DNA from: Planctomycetota bacterium
Lineage (GTDB): Bacteria; Planctomycetota; Planctomycetia; Planctomycetales; Planctomycetaceae
Direction: 5' to 3'
DNA length: 64,000 bases
Assembly (NCBI GenBank): GCA_022600195.1
Contig: JAHZKX010000068.1
Coordinates: forward strand, 2,184-66,183
Positions 50,573-60,813 of the stretch are shown piece by piece. The position numbers and the translations under genes are program-made. A model generated the notes under the pieces. That model was not told where the DNA came from, did no database searches, and saw only the letters and a program-made list of their open reading frames with translations. How positions within the stretch are numbered: the first letter of the stretch is position 1; every line of letters begins with the position of its first letter.

Positions 50573-52428
50573 TGTCATCTGATGAGTCGTCTCATGATAG
50601 TCGGGAATTCTTTTCCATTGCTGCTAAGCTGAACTTGATGTCAACCGAGATGGCTCAACAGTTAACCGATGAGGCTATCGCTGGAAACTCGCATCCTACG
50701 CAAATCATTCTACAAAAAGGATTGCTGGATAATGTAGAGATCGATATCGTTCAGACACTTCTGCATTCGACCGAAATCATACCCGACTATGAAATTCTTG
50801 ATGTTCTTGGGAAAGGGGGTATGGGCGTTGTTTACCGTGCGAAGCAGTTAAGTCTGGATCGAATTGTCGCACTCAAGACAGTGCTTGTCAGCCAGATAGG
50901 TAATCCGAACATGACCAACCGCTTCGAACGCGAAGCGGTCACTGTTGCACGTTTAAAACATCCCAATATCGTCGCTGCGTACGACTTTGGTCAACATGAC
51001 AGCAGGTTATTTCTGGCCATGGAGTTTGTGGATGGTGAAGATGTCGAAAAACTGATTGTCAAACAAGATCAACTGGACGAAGCGACAACCCTGGGCATCA
51101 TTCGCCAAGTCGCCTCCGGACTGTCGCATGCACAACAACTCGGTATTGTACATCGCGATATCAAGCCGGCCAACTTATTGCTTGTTGAACCACCGGAATG
51201 GTTTCCGCTGCCTGCAGGCGTCCCCATGGTCAAGATTACTGACTTTGGGCTGGCTTTTTTGACACAGGAACAGAGCGTGCAAACCAGGCTGACGGCCGCG
51301 AATGCCTCTGTGGGCAGCCCACACTACATGTCGCCGGAGCAAATCAATGGCCACGATGTAGACCATCGCTCTGATATCTATGCATTAGGTGTGACAATGT
51401 ATCACATGCTTGCAGGTCGACCTCCTTTTAAAGGGAATAGCATCCCTCAAATCATTGCACAGAAATTGAGTGGGGAAACGAAATCATTAAGTGCAGGACC
51501 GAATGTTGTGTCCGAGGAGACGTCTCAACTTGTTAATGACATGCTGAAATTGAAAGCAGACGACCGGTTAGATGATTACAACCATTTAATAAGTCGAATC
51601 GACGCAACACTGCAAAAACGGCTCACGCTGCAGGTGGGCACAGAATCCGGCAGTGACACTCTTACCACCATCTTAGAAAGACCGCCCGCACAATCTCTGC
51701 CGACCACCGAAGTCAACCAGACTGGTACTCGTAATTACCGACGCTATTTTATGATGGCAACCATACTGATCTCGGTTTTATTAATCGTCAGTTTGTTGCT
51801 GATTCTCAACCCAGGTGCTCCAACAACGCCCGTACGAGATATGAGTTCCAGCGGCTGGAGCGAACCTTTGTTTAACGGCCAGACCCTGGGTGTGATGCCA
51901 TCCAGTGGAAGTTGGACTGTCGACAAAGATGACGAGGGAGCTTCGGTCATTTCCGGTAGCAACGGTATGATTCGACGGCCATTACTTCGCAGTGACCTGA
52001 GCCCACCGCGGCCGCTGAAAAACTACAAGCTCCTGTTATTCGTTCGTCTGCACGACGCCACAGCGGTTGAACTTCATTTTGGAATTGCTGCGGACCAGAA
52101 TCGTAATGGTATCCGATCTGTATTACGCGTGACCCCGGAACACGTTGTATTAGCCACAAAGCCCAATGATCGAGGCTCACTTTCAGAAGTGACGGCTCCT
52201 GTTGTTATCAACAATCCGAACGGACAATATCATGTTGTTGAACTGGAACATCAGCATGGACATTGGTGGATTTTCTTCGACGATCAATTGATCGGTACGG
52301 TGCATTCGCAAGAGAACGCGATACTGCCTGAAATCCGTCTTGCAGTCGAGGGAGGCCCCGCCTGGTTCGCAGATTTACAGGTGGATGAGCTTGTCCCAGC
52401 GATTAAAGGTTCCCATCCAAAAAATTGA
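50572..52428 (+). CDS. Membrane-anchored Ser/Thr protein kinase with C-terminal DUF1080/concanavalin-like domain
   Basis: LGKGGMGVVY, VALK, HRDIKPAN, DFG, GSPHYMSPE, DIYALG, TM helix, then PLFNG. Confidence 0.93.
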   Translation: MSSDESSHDSREFFSIAAKLNLMSTEMAQQLTDEAIAGNSHPTQIILQKGLLDNVEIDIVQTLLHSTEIIPDYEILDVLGKGGMGVVYRAKQLSLDRIVALKTVLVSQIGNPNMTNRFEREAVTVARLKHPNIVAAYDFGQHDSRLFLAMEFVDGEDVEKLIVKQDQLDEATTLGIIRQVASGLSHAQQLGIVHRDIKPANLLLVEPPEWFPLPAGVPMVKITDFGLAFLTQEQSVQTRLTAANASVGSPHYMSPEQINGHDVDHRSDIYALGVTMYHMLAGRPPFKGNSIPQIIAQKLSGETKSLSAGPNVVSEETSQLVNDMLKLKADDRLDDYNHLISRIDATLQKRLTLQVGTESGSDTLTTILERPPAQSLPTTEVNQTGTRNYRRYFMMATILISVLLIVSLLLILNPGAPTTPVRDMSSSGWSEPLFNGQTLGVMPSSGSWTVDKDDEGASVISGSNGMIRRPLLRSDLSPPRPLKNYKLLLFVRLHDATAVELHFGIAADQNRNGIRSVLRVTPEHVVLATKPNDRGSLSEVTAPVVINNPNGQYHVVELEHQHGHWWIFFDDQLIGTVHSQENAILPEIRLAVEGGPAWFADLQVDELVPAIKGSHPKN

Positions 52429-52694
52429 GCAGGTAATCTTCGGATCGCAAACAAGAGAAGACTCCTGCCAGCGCCTTAAACGCGAGGCCAATAATAAAAC
52501 GAGCTGTCGTCACAGGTGGCTCGGGGCGGTTGGGCCGTGAAGTAATTCGGAAGTTGATATCCCGATAAAATGTTCGTCCACAGTAGATAATTCGACAATT
52601 CTATTGCCTTATCTGTCCCCCTGTTGATTTTCATCCAGTCCTACCTTTATAGTTAGATAAAAGATATCTCCCCTCAACAGGAAGGACTCAATAA

Positions 52695-54290
52695 ATGTTG
52701 TCAACGATTGATCATCAATGGAACTTAACCAGAAGTAATTATGCGGCAAGATTTTTGTCAGCGATTCTGACTTTATTCAGTATGTTTTTTCTGGAATCAG
52801 TGACGATTGCCGGCGAACAGCCCAATATTATTTATATTCTCGCCGATGACCTCGGCTATGGCGATGTCAGTTGTTACAACGCGGAATCTAAAATTCGAAC
52901 GCCACATATTGACCAGCTTGCAGCGCAGGGAATGAAGTTTACCGATGCACACACGCCTTCTGCCGTTTGCACACCAACGCGTTACGGGATTCTAACGGGG
53001 CGTTACTGCTGGCGGACACGTTTGAAGTACCGCGTGCTGGACGGTTTTGACCCGCCTTTAATTGAAAAAGATCGTCCGACAGTGCCCTCTCAGCTCAAAC
53101 AGGCTGGCTACGATACGGCTTGCGTAGGCAAATGGCATCTGGGGATGCAATGGACTGAAAAACCAGGCCAGCCTGTGCCTGCCGTTCCTATAGATCGTAG
53201 AAAGCGTCCACGCGTGGGAGATGATGTTGATTACACTCAAGCAGTCACCGGCGGCCCTCTCGATGTTGGATTTGACTGGTATTTCGGCATTTCCGCTTCG
53301 TTGAACATGTCTCCTTTTTGTTATATCGAAAATGACCGACCTGTGATTATTCCCACGATCGAATCAGAAAGAATCAAAACCGAATTTCTCTCTGTCGATC
53401 AAGGCATGCGCTCTCCTGATTTTACAATTTCCGGAGTCATGCCCACACTTACCGGACAGGCAGTGCGTTACATTGAACGACATTCAAAGGAGTCTCCTGA
53501 CCGGCCCTTCTTCCTGTATTTCCCGCTGACAGCGCCGCATTTGCCATTAGTACCCAATGACGAGTTTCGTGGAAAAAGTAAGGCTGGCGAGTATGGGGAT
53601 TTTGTTCTCGAAGTCGATGCCACCGTTGGTGCGATTCTGGAAGTACTCAAACGAACTGATGAAGCAGAGAATACATTGATCATTTTCACTTCCGATAACG
53701 GCGGTTTGTATCACTGGTGGACGCCACAGGAAGCTGATGACTTGAAGAATTATCGACTGACACATCGTGCAAAGTATGTCAAAGAGCGTGGCCATCAGGG
53801 AAATGCGCATCTGCGAGGCACGAAAGCAGATATCTGGGAAGGTGGCCATCGTGTTCCGTTTATTGCCCGCTGGCCCGATCATGTTCCCGCTGGTTCAACG
53901 AGTGATGCGTTGATCGAATTGACCGATTTGATGGCGACCTGCGCGGCAATCACAGGCACCAAACTTCCTGCGGGTGCAGCCAAAGACAGTCGTAATATTC
54001 TGCCCGCCTTGCTCGGCAAGAAAAGCGACAGACCTTTACGCGAATATGCGATACATCATTCGTTATGGGGTAACTTTGCTGTCCGACAGGGGCCATGGAA
54101 AATGATCCCTACCCGCGGTTCGGGAGGTTTCACTTATCCCCGTGACATCAAACCAGCCAAAGGAGAACCGACGGGACAACTTTACCACTTAACGGACGAT
54201 CCTTCTGAAACAAAAAACTTATGGAGTAAGCATCCCGAAGTTGTGCAACGTCTTTCTCTTCTACTGGAGAAAGTACAAAAACAGGACTAA
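52695..54290 (+). CDS. Cys-type sulfatase (arylsulfatase A-like)
   Basis: LADDLGYGD, CTPTR, GKWHLG, APHLP, SDNG. Confidence 0.93.
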   Translation: MLSTIDHQWNLTRSNYAARFLSAILTLFSMFFLESVTIAGEQPNIIYILADDLGYGDVSCYNAESKIRTPHIDQLAAQGMKFTDAHTPSAVCTPTRYGILTGRYCWRTRLKYRVLDGFDPPLIEKDRPTVPSQLKQAGYDTACVGKWHLGMQWTEKPGQPVPAVPIDRRKRPRVGDDVDYTQAVTGGPLDVGFDWYFGISASLNMSPFCYIENDRPVIIPTIESERIKTEFLSVDQGMRSPDFTISGVMPTLTGQAVRYIERHSKESPDRPFFLYFPLTAPHLPLVPNDEFRGKSKAGEYGDFVLEVDATVGAILEVLKRTDEAENTLIIFTSDNGGLYHWWTPQEADDLKNYRLTHRAKYVKERGHQGNAHLRGTKADIWEGGHRVPFIARWPDHVPAGSTSDALIELTDLMATCAAITGTKLPAGAAKDSRNILPALLGKKSDRPLREYAIHHSLWGNFAVRQGPWKMIPTRGSGGFTYPRDIKPAKGEPTGQLYHLTDDPSETKNLWSKHPEVVQRLSLLLEKVQKQD

Positions 54291-54418
54291 TGAATGGGTA
54301 AACCGATGAATGACACTGACATCAATGACTGGTTTACCGATAATGGATTGTCAAGCGAAGTGCAAAGTGAGCTTTTTCCCCCTTCAGTTTCATCAGAAGA
54401 AGAAGTGTCTCTATTTTA

Positions 54419-55996
54419 TCAGGGAAGTTTCGGTCTCAATGGTTTGCTCCCATCTTTTGTCACGGGATAGAGTCCGTTGTGCGATTCCATGCTGGCAATC
54501 AATTGCTGCATCATTTTACGAAGCTGTTTCGGCTTTGAATCGGCCAGATTGTTCTGCTCAAAGGGATCAGCCGCAAGGTTATAAAGTTGATAGTGCGAGC
54601 CTTCGGAATCTTTTGAAGGAACGTAGTGATAGATCACTTTCCAGTCCCCGTTGCGATAACTGGTGAAGTAATTGCTACGATGAGGCGAGTGAGGATAGTG
54701 CATGAGAAATGTCTGCTCGCGTGAACTGTCAGGATTGCCTGTCAGCAGTTTGTCGAGCCGTAACCCATCGACAACGTGTTTCTCTGGCGATTTCGTTCCT
54801 GTGAAGTTGAGGATCGTTGGGAACAGATCCTGTACTGCTGCGGTTTGTGTTTGAATGGTGTCGGCAGGGATCGGGAGTCGCTTTTGATTTGGATTGCCAG
54901 GATTACTCTTCGCCCAGGCGGCAATGAATGGCACGCGCATGCCCCCTTCATAGTGAGCTCCTTTTTTCCCGCGTAGTGGAGCGGCACAAGCGACGGCATG
55001 CTGATGCCCTAAAGGTGCATCCGATCCATTGTCACCCAGAAAAAAGACCAATGTATTCTCAGCAACGCCAAGCTTTTCGATTTGATCCAGAATGTCGCCC
55101 AGCGATTTGTCCATGCCTTCAATCAAGGTTGCAAAGGCTTGTGCGGCTTTCGGTTTGTCTGAATTTTTATAATGGGCGGCGAAACGCGGATCGGAATCGA
55201 AGGGTGCATGGACTGCGTAATGTGCCATGTAGAGGAAGAAAGGTTTATCCGCCTCTACGGCTGCGGTGACCGCGGCATTGGCTTCGATCGTTATGGCTTC
55301 GGTCAGAAAGGTTTCTGTGCCATGATATTTTTCCAGATGCGGAACGGCGTGATGAGCTCGTCTCGTACCAAGGCCATACTTCTTTTCACCATAATAACTG
55401 CCGGGAGCACCGAATGAAGCACCTGCGATATTGATATCAAAACCGAGATTCGCTGGATTGGCACCTGGAAAATCGCGCGCACCAAAATGTCCTTTGCCAA
55501 CGTGAATTGTTTCATAACCGTTTTTTTGCAGCAGTCGGGCTAACGTAATATCGTTTTTCTTCAAGCCTTCCCAGTTCCACTCTGGGGGCCCCTGAGGTCC
55601 CCGATTATTCTTGGTAGGATTAATCCAGTTGGTGGCGTGATGTCGGGCTGCATTTTGCCCGGTCATAATAGAAATGCGTGTGGGCGAGCAGACACTCATC
55701 GCATAGAAATTATTGAATCGAATGCCCTGCTTCGCCAACCGTTCCATACTGGGAGTGATATAAAAGTCGTTGAGTGGATAACGCTTTGGCTGCCCTTTTG
55801 CATCAGTCAGAAAGGGAACTGAAGTATCCATGACTCCCATGTCATCGACAAGGAACACCACAATATTTGGTTTTTGCTTCTGTTTTTTTTGAATGTTTGC
55901 GTCGACTGCTGAATTCAGTCCGGAAACCAAGAACAGAAACAGAACAAGAGAGTTGAGAATAATCAGTCGCGTAATGCGTGAGTAGTGAGGCCTCAT
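54419..55996 (-). CDS. Cys-type sulfatase
   Basis: VDDMG, CSPTR, GKGHFG, VHAP, GDNG. Probable start ATG 55996. Confidence 0.92.
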   Translation of the reverse strand: MRPHYSRITRLIILNSLVLFLFLVSGLNSAVDANIQKKQKQKPNIVVFLVDDMGVMDTSVPFLTDAKGQPKRYPLNDFYITPSMERLAKQGIRFNNFYAMSVCSPTRISIMTGQNAARHHATNWINPTKNNRGPQGPPEWNWEGLKKNDITLARLLQKNGYETIHVGKGHFGARDFPGANPANLGFDINIAGASFGAPGSYYGEKKYGLGTRRAHHAVPHLEKYHGTETFLTEAITIEANAAVTAAVEADKPFFLYMAHYAVHAPFDSDPRFAAHYKNSDKPKAAQAFATLIEGMDKSLGDILDQIEKLGVAENTLVFFLGDNGSDAPLGHQHAVACAAPLRGKKGAHYEGGMRVPFIAAWAKSNPGNPNQKRLPIPADTIQTQTAAVQDLFPTILNFTGTKSPEKHVVDGLRLDKLLTGNPDSSREQTFLMHYPHSPHRSNYFTSYRNGDWKVIYHYVPSKDSEGSHYQLYNLAADPFEQNNLADSKPKQLRKMMQQLIASMESHNGLYPVTKDGSKPLRPKLP

Positions 55997-56241
55997 GGAG
56001 TGATAAACTTCCTTATTTTGTAATCTCGTAACTGGGTGAGCACGGGACCAATGCAGGACCGCTTTGCTTTTAATATAACACCCTGCCCCCGCCAATGTCT
56101 AACGATCTTGTAGTTTCGACAGTATTTTGTTGCTCACAAACGAGGGCTCAATTAGAATCAGGGTGACCAATATCGAGAACCCATGAATCCCTGCTAATAG
56201 TGACGAGATACAGACCGTTTCTTTGAGAGATTGAATTCATC

Positions 56242-56880
56242 ATGACTGCAAAAGAATCTTTTTGGACGGTCCTTCTCAGCATTGTCACCTTTACCTTTAT
56301 CGGTGGTGCCTCAGGTCTGATTGTTAGCGTTGTTGCACCAAACTATTACGACTCTGTATTTTACCCCAGACAATCGGATCGAATTGATCCGTTTATTGGA
56401 GGAATCCGTTTGGGTGCTTCTCAAGGAGTCGCAGTGGGAATCGTGATTGCATTGGTGATTCTCGCTGTGACTGCTATTCGTGAAAGCCAAGCTTATTACG
56501 CCAAAATTGCAAATCAGTCTTCTCATGATAGTCAACACCGACGGTCCTGGACTGCCATCCTGTTCTGGATCTCTTCGACATTGATACTGGTAACAATATT
56601 TAGCACGATATCTTTCATTCTGGGCGCCGTCATTGAAGATCAGCGGCATATTAATAATCGGACCACAGAAAAAATTGAGAAACTCAAAACCATTCTCGCA
56701 ACAGACACCTATCCCGATCTGGAAATCATGGCCTCATCGGCGGCTCAAGTGTTTCTAGTCGGCACGGTTCCTGACCAGGACACACGAACTACATTATTCC
56801 AACAATTGATAACAGTCTTTGGAACTGATGAAGCCGAGAATATGTTTTATCTGGTTGATGTTCAAGAGACGCCTGACTGA
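56242..56880 (+). CDS. Hypothetical membrane protein with C-terminal BON-like domain
   Basis: Three hydrophobic segments; C-terminal VFLVGTVPDQDTRTTL. Confidence 0.55.
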   Translation: MTAKESFWTVLLSIVTFTFIGGASGLIVSVVAPNYYDSVFYPRQSDRIDPFIGGIRLGASQGVAVGIVIALVILAVTAIRESQAYYAKIANQSSHDSQHRRSWTAILFWISSTLILVTIFSTISFILGAVIEDQRHINNRTTEKIEKLKTILATDTYPDLEIMASSAAQVFLVGTVPDQDTRTTLFQQLITVFGTDEAENMFYLVDVQETPD

Positions 56881-56942
56881 GGAATACTTTTGTCAACTTT
56901 ACCAAATACATAGAACTATATTTTATTTCTTTGGAAAATTAG

Positions 56943-57668
56943 ATGCCGGAAAAATACTTTGTTGAATGTGATTGTGGGAAACGAGTCAGAGTTGAACTTT
57001 ACGAAGCGGGAACAGATTAATCATGCCATTCCTGTCACCGAACTGTGCCCGTTTCCGATACTATCACCCTTCAGGAATCATCGGGCGACAAATATCCGCT
57101 ATTGAGGCCATTAGAGAAGCTCAAACGTACTCTTGAGCTAGGCGAAGCCCCGTTCGACGGTCTCTGTCACCACTGTGAAGAGGCAGATGCCGCCTTTCAG
57201 ATTCCGATTATTTTAAATGTTGTCGTTGAACGATACATGGAAAATGATGGTGGTATTCGCCCAACAGTCAGTCCAACTCTCAAAGTTGGTATTAAGCTTG
57301 TTGCAGCTGAAGCTGAAGAATATTCTGAAGAAACAAACTTTCCACTCTTGTTATGCAAGCAATGTAATGCAGAATATGAAGCCGCACAAAAAGCAGCCAG
57401 CAGGAAAAGCATGCTGGGGCTTTTTGCACTTTTAGGACTACTCGTTGCATTTTTGATCTTTGCTTATTTTAACGCAGCAGTGGTCGCGTTACTCTCAGGC
57501 ATTCTGTGGTTGATTGGTGCTATAGCATGGGCATCCCGGTTTAGAGATACTAAAAAAATTGACTCGTTTATCAAACCCTGGCTAAACGACATCCGCTGGG
57601 TTCCTGAAGCTCTCGCGTTGGAAGATGAGTACACACTATCGACGGGTGAATCCAAAACATTCAGATAA
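56943..57668 (+). pseudogene. Zinc-ribbon membrane protein interrupted by an in-frame TAA at 57018-57020
   Basis: MPEKYFVECDCGKRVRVELYEAGTD*SCHSCHRTVP continues in frame into the 57045 ORF, which has two TM helices and a further CxxC...CxxC. Confidence 0.75.
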
Positions 57669-57750
57669 AACACTGTTTCTTAGAAGTCCCAGTGCAACCA
57701 TTATCAATTTCAGAAACACGCAATGCATTCTCTCAGGATTACATTTGATA

Positions 57751-58023
57751 TTACTCAATATCTTTGAGTTCGAATTCAAATCCTCCCAACCAACTGGCTA
57801 ACAAGTTATAGATAAATGCGAACAAGGCAAAAAAGATAAATCCGAATACTCCCATAATAATGGGCATCAACAAGTAAACTATTCCTATGACTCGAAGCTG
57901 GTCACCACCAAAAAGAATCATAGGAATGCCGATTAACGTGTAGATAAAGCCCATCAGTACGTACAACGCCGCCATTATTTTGCTGGATTGCAGAATAGAG
58001 ATGCGAATCACTTGTTTTTTCAT
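57751..58023 (-). CDS. Small two-TM protein, DUF3566-like
   Basis: IRISILQSSKI...FAFIYNLLASWLGGFEFEL. Confidence 0.75.
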   Translation of the reverse strand: MKKQVIRISILQSSKIMAALYVLMGFIYTLIGIPMILFGGDQLRVIGIVYLLMPIIMGVFGFIFFALFAFIYNLLASWLGGFEFELKDIE

Positions 58024-58191
58024 TAGAGGTGCTCCCAGGTCAGATGTTGTATTAGTTTGAACCTGTTCCAGGCTCTCATTTTAAACAGTATGCCACAATA
58101 CATTTCTCAAATCCATTAAATAATATTCCAAGCCTTCTCATTAACTTTCCTATACTTCCTTTTCACGGTCTCTGTCCCGCGAATTGTACTA

Positions 58192-58206
58192 TTCTGAGTC
58201 TCAGAA
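58192..58206. promoter_or_regulatory. Perfect 7-1-7 palindrome in a divergent promoter region
   Basis: TTCTGAG-T-CTCAGAA, about 170 bp from each flanking start codon. Confidence 0.5.
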
Positions 58207-58373
58207 CTTGTATTTATTCAATATGTGGAACAAAATGAAAGTCTGACGCATCTAAACGACTGGTCTGGTATAGAGAGGCAGCCACTCTGGCTGAAGGCAT
58301 TTGTCTGAGCTGAGCTATCAGAAACATGCTGTTCAATCCAACCATTCGATTACTTAATTGAGGATGAGTAATA

Positions 58374-59255
58374 ATGCAAACTAATCATCGATCTCGATTT
58401 CTCGCCTTTAGTTTCGTCATCTTAACGTCGCCCGTCTTTGCAGCATCAGGCGACAAAATCCCCTGGTCGGCTGATCAAGCCACTGGAGCGCCCAATTCTC
58501 TTAAAGCAGGCGATCAGAAAACTGCCTGGGCATCTCTGCAGGAAAACAAGGGAAGCGAATGGATCAAGCTGGAGTATCAGACACCCAAAGAAGTCCAAGC
58601 GGTTCGCATTCATGAAAACTTTAATCCGGGGGCGATCAGTAAAGTCACTGCGTTTGATGCAGACGGAAAGGAAGTTCTTGTTTGGGAAGGAACGGAGCCT
58701 GTCCACAAAGCCCCCAATATTTTTGAAGTGAAAGCGCAGTCAAAAATTGTATCGCAATCAATCAAGATTTACCTCGACACCAAGCGAATCAGGGGCTGGA
58801 ACGAAATTGATGCCGTTCAACTGCTGGGAGGGGATGGATCCAAGCAGTGGGCAGTTAAGGCATCTGCCAGCAGCACATACGCATCCAGAAGCTCAAGATC
58901 GGGCAATATGGAACTCACCCTGAAATCACTGCCGCCTTCGGTCATTAATACTGTTCCTCAGGCAGGTAGCGCTGAAGTTGATCCCGCTCTTAAGGAAATC
59001 AGTGTTACCTTCAGTAAAGACATGATCACCGATCGCATGTGGGCTGTCGTTCAGATTTCGAAGGAGACATTTCCAAAAACCGGGAAGAATATACATTACA
59101 AAGATGATAAACGCACCTGCGTTATCCCTGTTACATTAGAGCCTGACAAGACCTATGTCATGTGGTTCAACAAGGGCAGATATAATAGTTTTCGAGACAC
59201 TGAAAACAACCCATCAGTGCCATACCTGCTGGTGTTTAAGACAAAATCTAAATAA
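58374..59255 (+). CDS. Secreted protein: discoidin/galactose-binding-like beta-sandwich + Ig-like (SbsA/Big_5-type) domain
   Basis: Signal peptide; WSADQATGAP...AWAS...EWIKLEY...NEIDAVQL; PPSVINTVP...ISVTFSKDM...YVMWFN. Confidence 0.7.
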   Translation: MQTNHRSRFLAFSFVILTSPVFAASGDKIPWSADQATGAPNSLKAGDQKTAWASLQENKGSEWIKLEYQTPKEVQAVRIHENFNPGAISKVTAFDADGKEVLVWEGTEPVHKAPNIFEVKAQSKIVSQSIKIYLDTKRIRGWNEIDAVQLLGGDGSKQWAVKASASSTYASRSSRSGNMELTLKSLPPSVINTVPQAGSAEVDPALKEISVTFSKDMITDRMWAVVQISKETFPKTGKNIHYKDDKRTCVIPVTLEPDKTYVMWFNKGRYNSFRDTENNPSVPYLLVFKTKSK

Positions 59256-59345
59256 CTCGAAAATGTATCTGGAAACCATCCAAACAGAGGCATGGCAATC
59301 CCCATCAATTACAGTTGTCTGACCAGAGAAAGAAGGAGCCAGAGG

Positions 59346-60812
59346 ATGTCCCGCAATCTAAGCAGCCTGGTAATTTTGGCATTTTGTTTTTTTTCGCATA
59401 ATGCAATTGCTACAGACAAAGGGGCAAATCAAGCGCCGCACAATGCGAAGTCCTTCGAGTCGCGTATGCTTACCATCACTGATGTTGTCTTAGAACAACA
59501 CATCGATCCACCAACAAGGCAACAGATGATTCTTGCCGGTGTCAAAGCACTTTACCAGACAGACAAGCGTCCGATTCCCAAGGGTCTGAGCCAACGCATT
59601 TCTGATCTGACAAAACCCAGAGAGTTTACGGATTTCTTAAAAGGCATTCTGTCAGAATTCAGTGAGTTAAAAAACAGGGAATCTATTCTGATACGGGGCA
59701 TGTTAAGTTCCCTGCCCTGCGGTGCTCATATCGTGAACGCGGAAGCCAACAAAGTGCAGGGGCAACTTGCCGCCAATCGCTATGTCGGCATCGGGATCGC
59801 TTTGACAATGAATAAGCAAGAAAAATATCCGGCCATTCCCAATGTAATTTACAATGGGCCCGCGTGGAGGGCTGGCGTCAAACCCAATGATCTCATCCTG
59901 AAGGTAAATGGCCAAAGTATGAAGTCAAAGGATCTTGTACAGGCTGTGAAATCTCTGCGAGGTGAAGAAGGCTCTGAGGTGAGAATTGAGGTTCGACAAC
60001 CCGGCTCGCAGGAATCGCGCAAATTGAAGATGACGCGCGGCCGCGTGTTCATTCCCACGGTCGAAGGTTCTCGGAAAAAATCTGAGGGGGAGTGGTACTA
60101 CAAATTCAGTTCTGCTGACGACATAGCCTACCTTCGTATCAAGAAGATTGGTTCGAGTACACTTCATGAGTTGCGACAGGTAGAAGCAAAGCTCCGGGAT
60201 CAAAATATCAAAGGTATCATTCTTGACCTGCGTTCTACTGGCGGCATCCTGCACGACACGATTATGGTTGCAGACAACCTGCTGGACGGCGGAGTGATCG
60301 GTTATGTTCAGTCTGTAGATTCTCGCAAAAAACACGAAGCGCGGCCTGGGTCACTCTTTCAAAACATTCCGATGGTCGTGCTGGTTGGAAAACAGACCGG
60401 TTCTGGCAGCGTCTTCCTGACCGCGGCATTGCAAGACAACAAACGCGCCTTTGTTGTTGGTGAACCTACAAATGGCCAGACTTATGTCCGATCAAACATA
60501 CTTCTTCCCGATCAGAACAATCATATTGTGATGGCAACTGGTTTATTACAACGTGGCGACGGAACGACGCTGCTCGTGTCACGATTTCGTTCATCACCTT
60601 TAAGGACAATCAAGGTTGGAAAGACGAAACAACAAAAAACAAGGACGAATTTCATCATGCCCGACCATGTCGTTAAAACCAGCAATCAAATCGTGAATCG
60701 AAGTAAAGCGCCAACCCACTCAGCAACAATCCGCAAAGCCATCGAAGTATTGAGAAACACTCCCCCGCAGTTTACGACTCAGCCAGAAACCAAAGAAACT
60801 TCCGGATCATAA
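59346..60812 (+). CDS. S41 (tail-specific/CtpA) protease homolog with PDZ domain, catalytic Lys lost
   Basis: YVGIGI PDZ, GPAWRAG, IAYLRI, ILDLRSTGG; TGSGSV and TNGQ replace SASASE and TFGK. Probable start ATG 59346. Confidence 0.82.
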   Translation: MSRNLSSLVILAFCFFSHNAIATDKGANQAPHNAKSFESRMLTITDVVLEQHIDPPTRQQMILAGVKALYQTDKRPIPKGLSQRISDLTKPREFTDFLKGILSEFSELKNRESILIRGMLSSLPCGAHIVNAEANKVQGQLAANRYVGIGIALTMNKQEKYPAIPNVIYNGPAWRAGVKPNDLILKVNGQSMKSKDLVQAVKSLRGEEGSEVRIEVRQPGSQESRKLKMTRGRVFIPTVEGSRKKSEGEWYYKFSSADDIAYLRIKKIGSSTLHELRQVEAKLRDQNIKGIILDLRSTGGILHDTIMVADNLLDGGVIGYVQSVDSRKKHEARPGSLFQNIPMVVLVGKQTGSGSVFLTAALQDNKRAFVVGEPTNGQTYVRSNILLPDQNNHIVMATGLLQRGDGTTLLVSRFRSSPLRTIKVGKTKQQKTRTNFIMPDHVVKTSNQIVNRSKAPTHSATIRKAIEVLRNTPPQFTTQPETKETSGS

Positions 60813-60813
60813 T

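Noticed and set aside
52500-52523. CGAGC...GCTCG hairpin after the kinase gene
   Set aside because: The stem is short, there is no U tract and no second copy in the window; it is not assignable to a terminator or RNA family.
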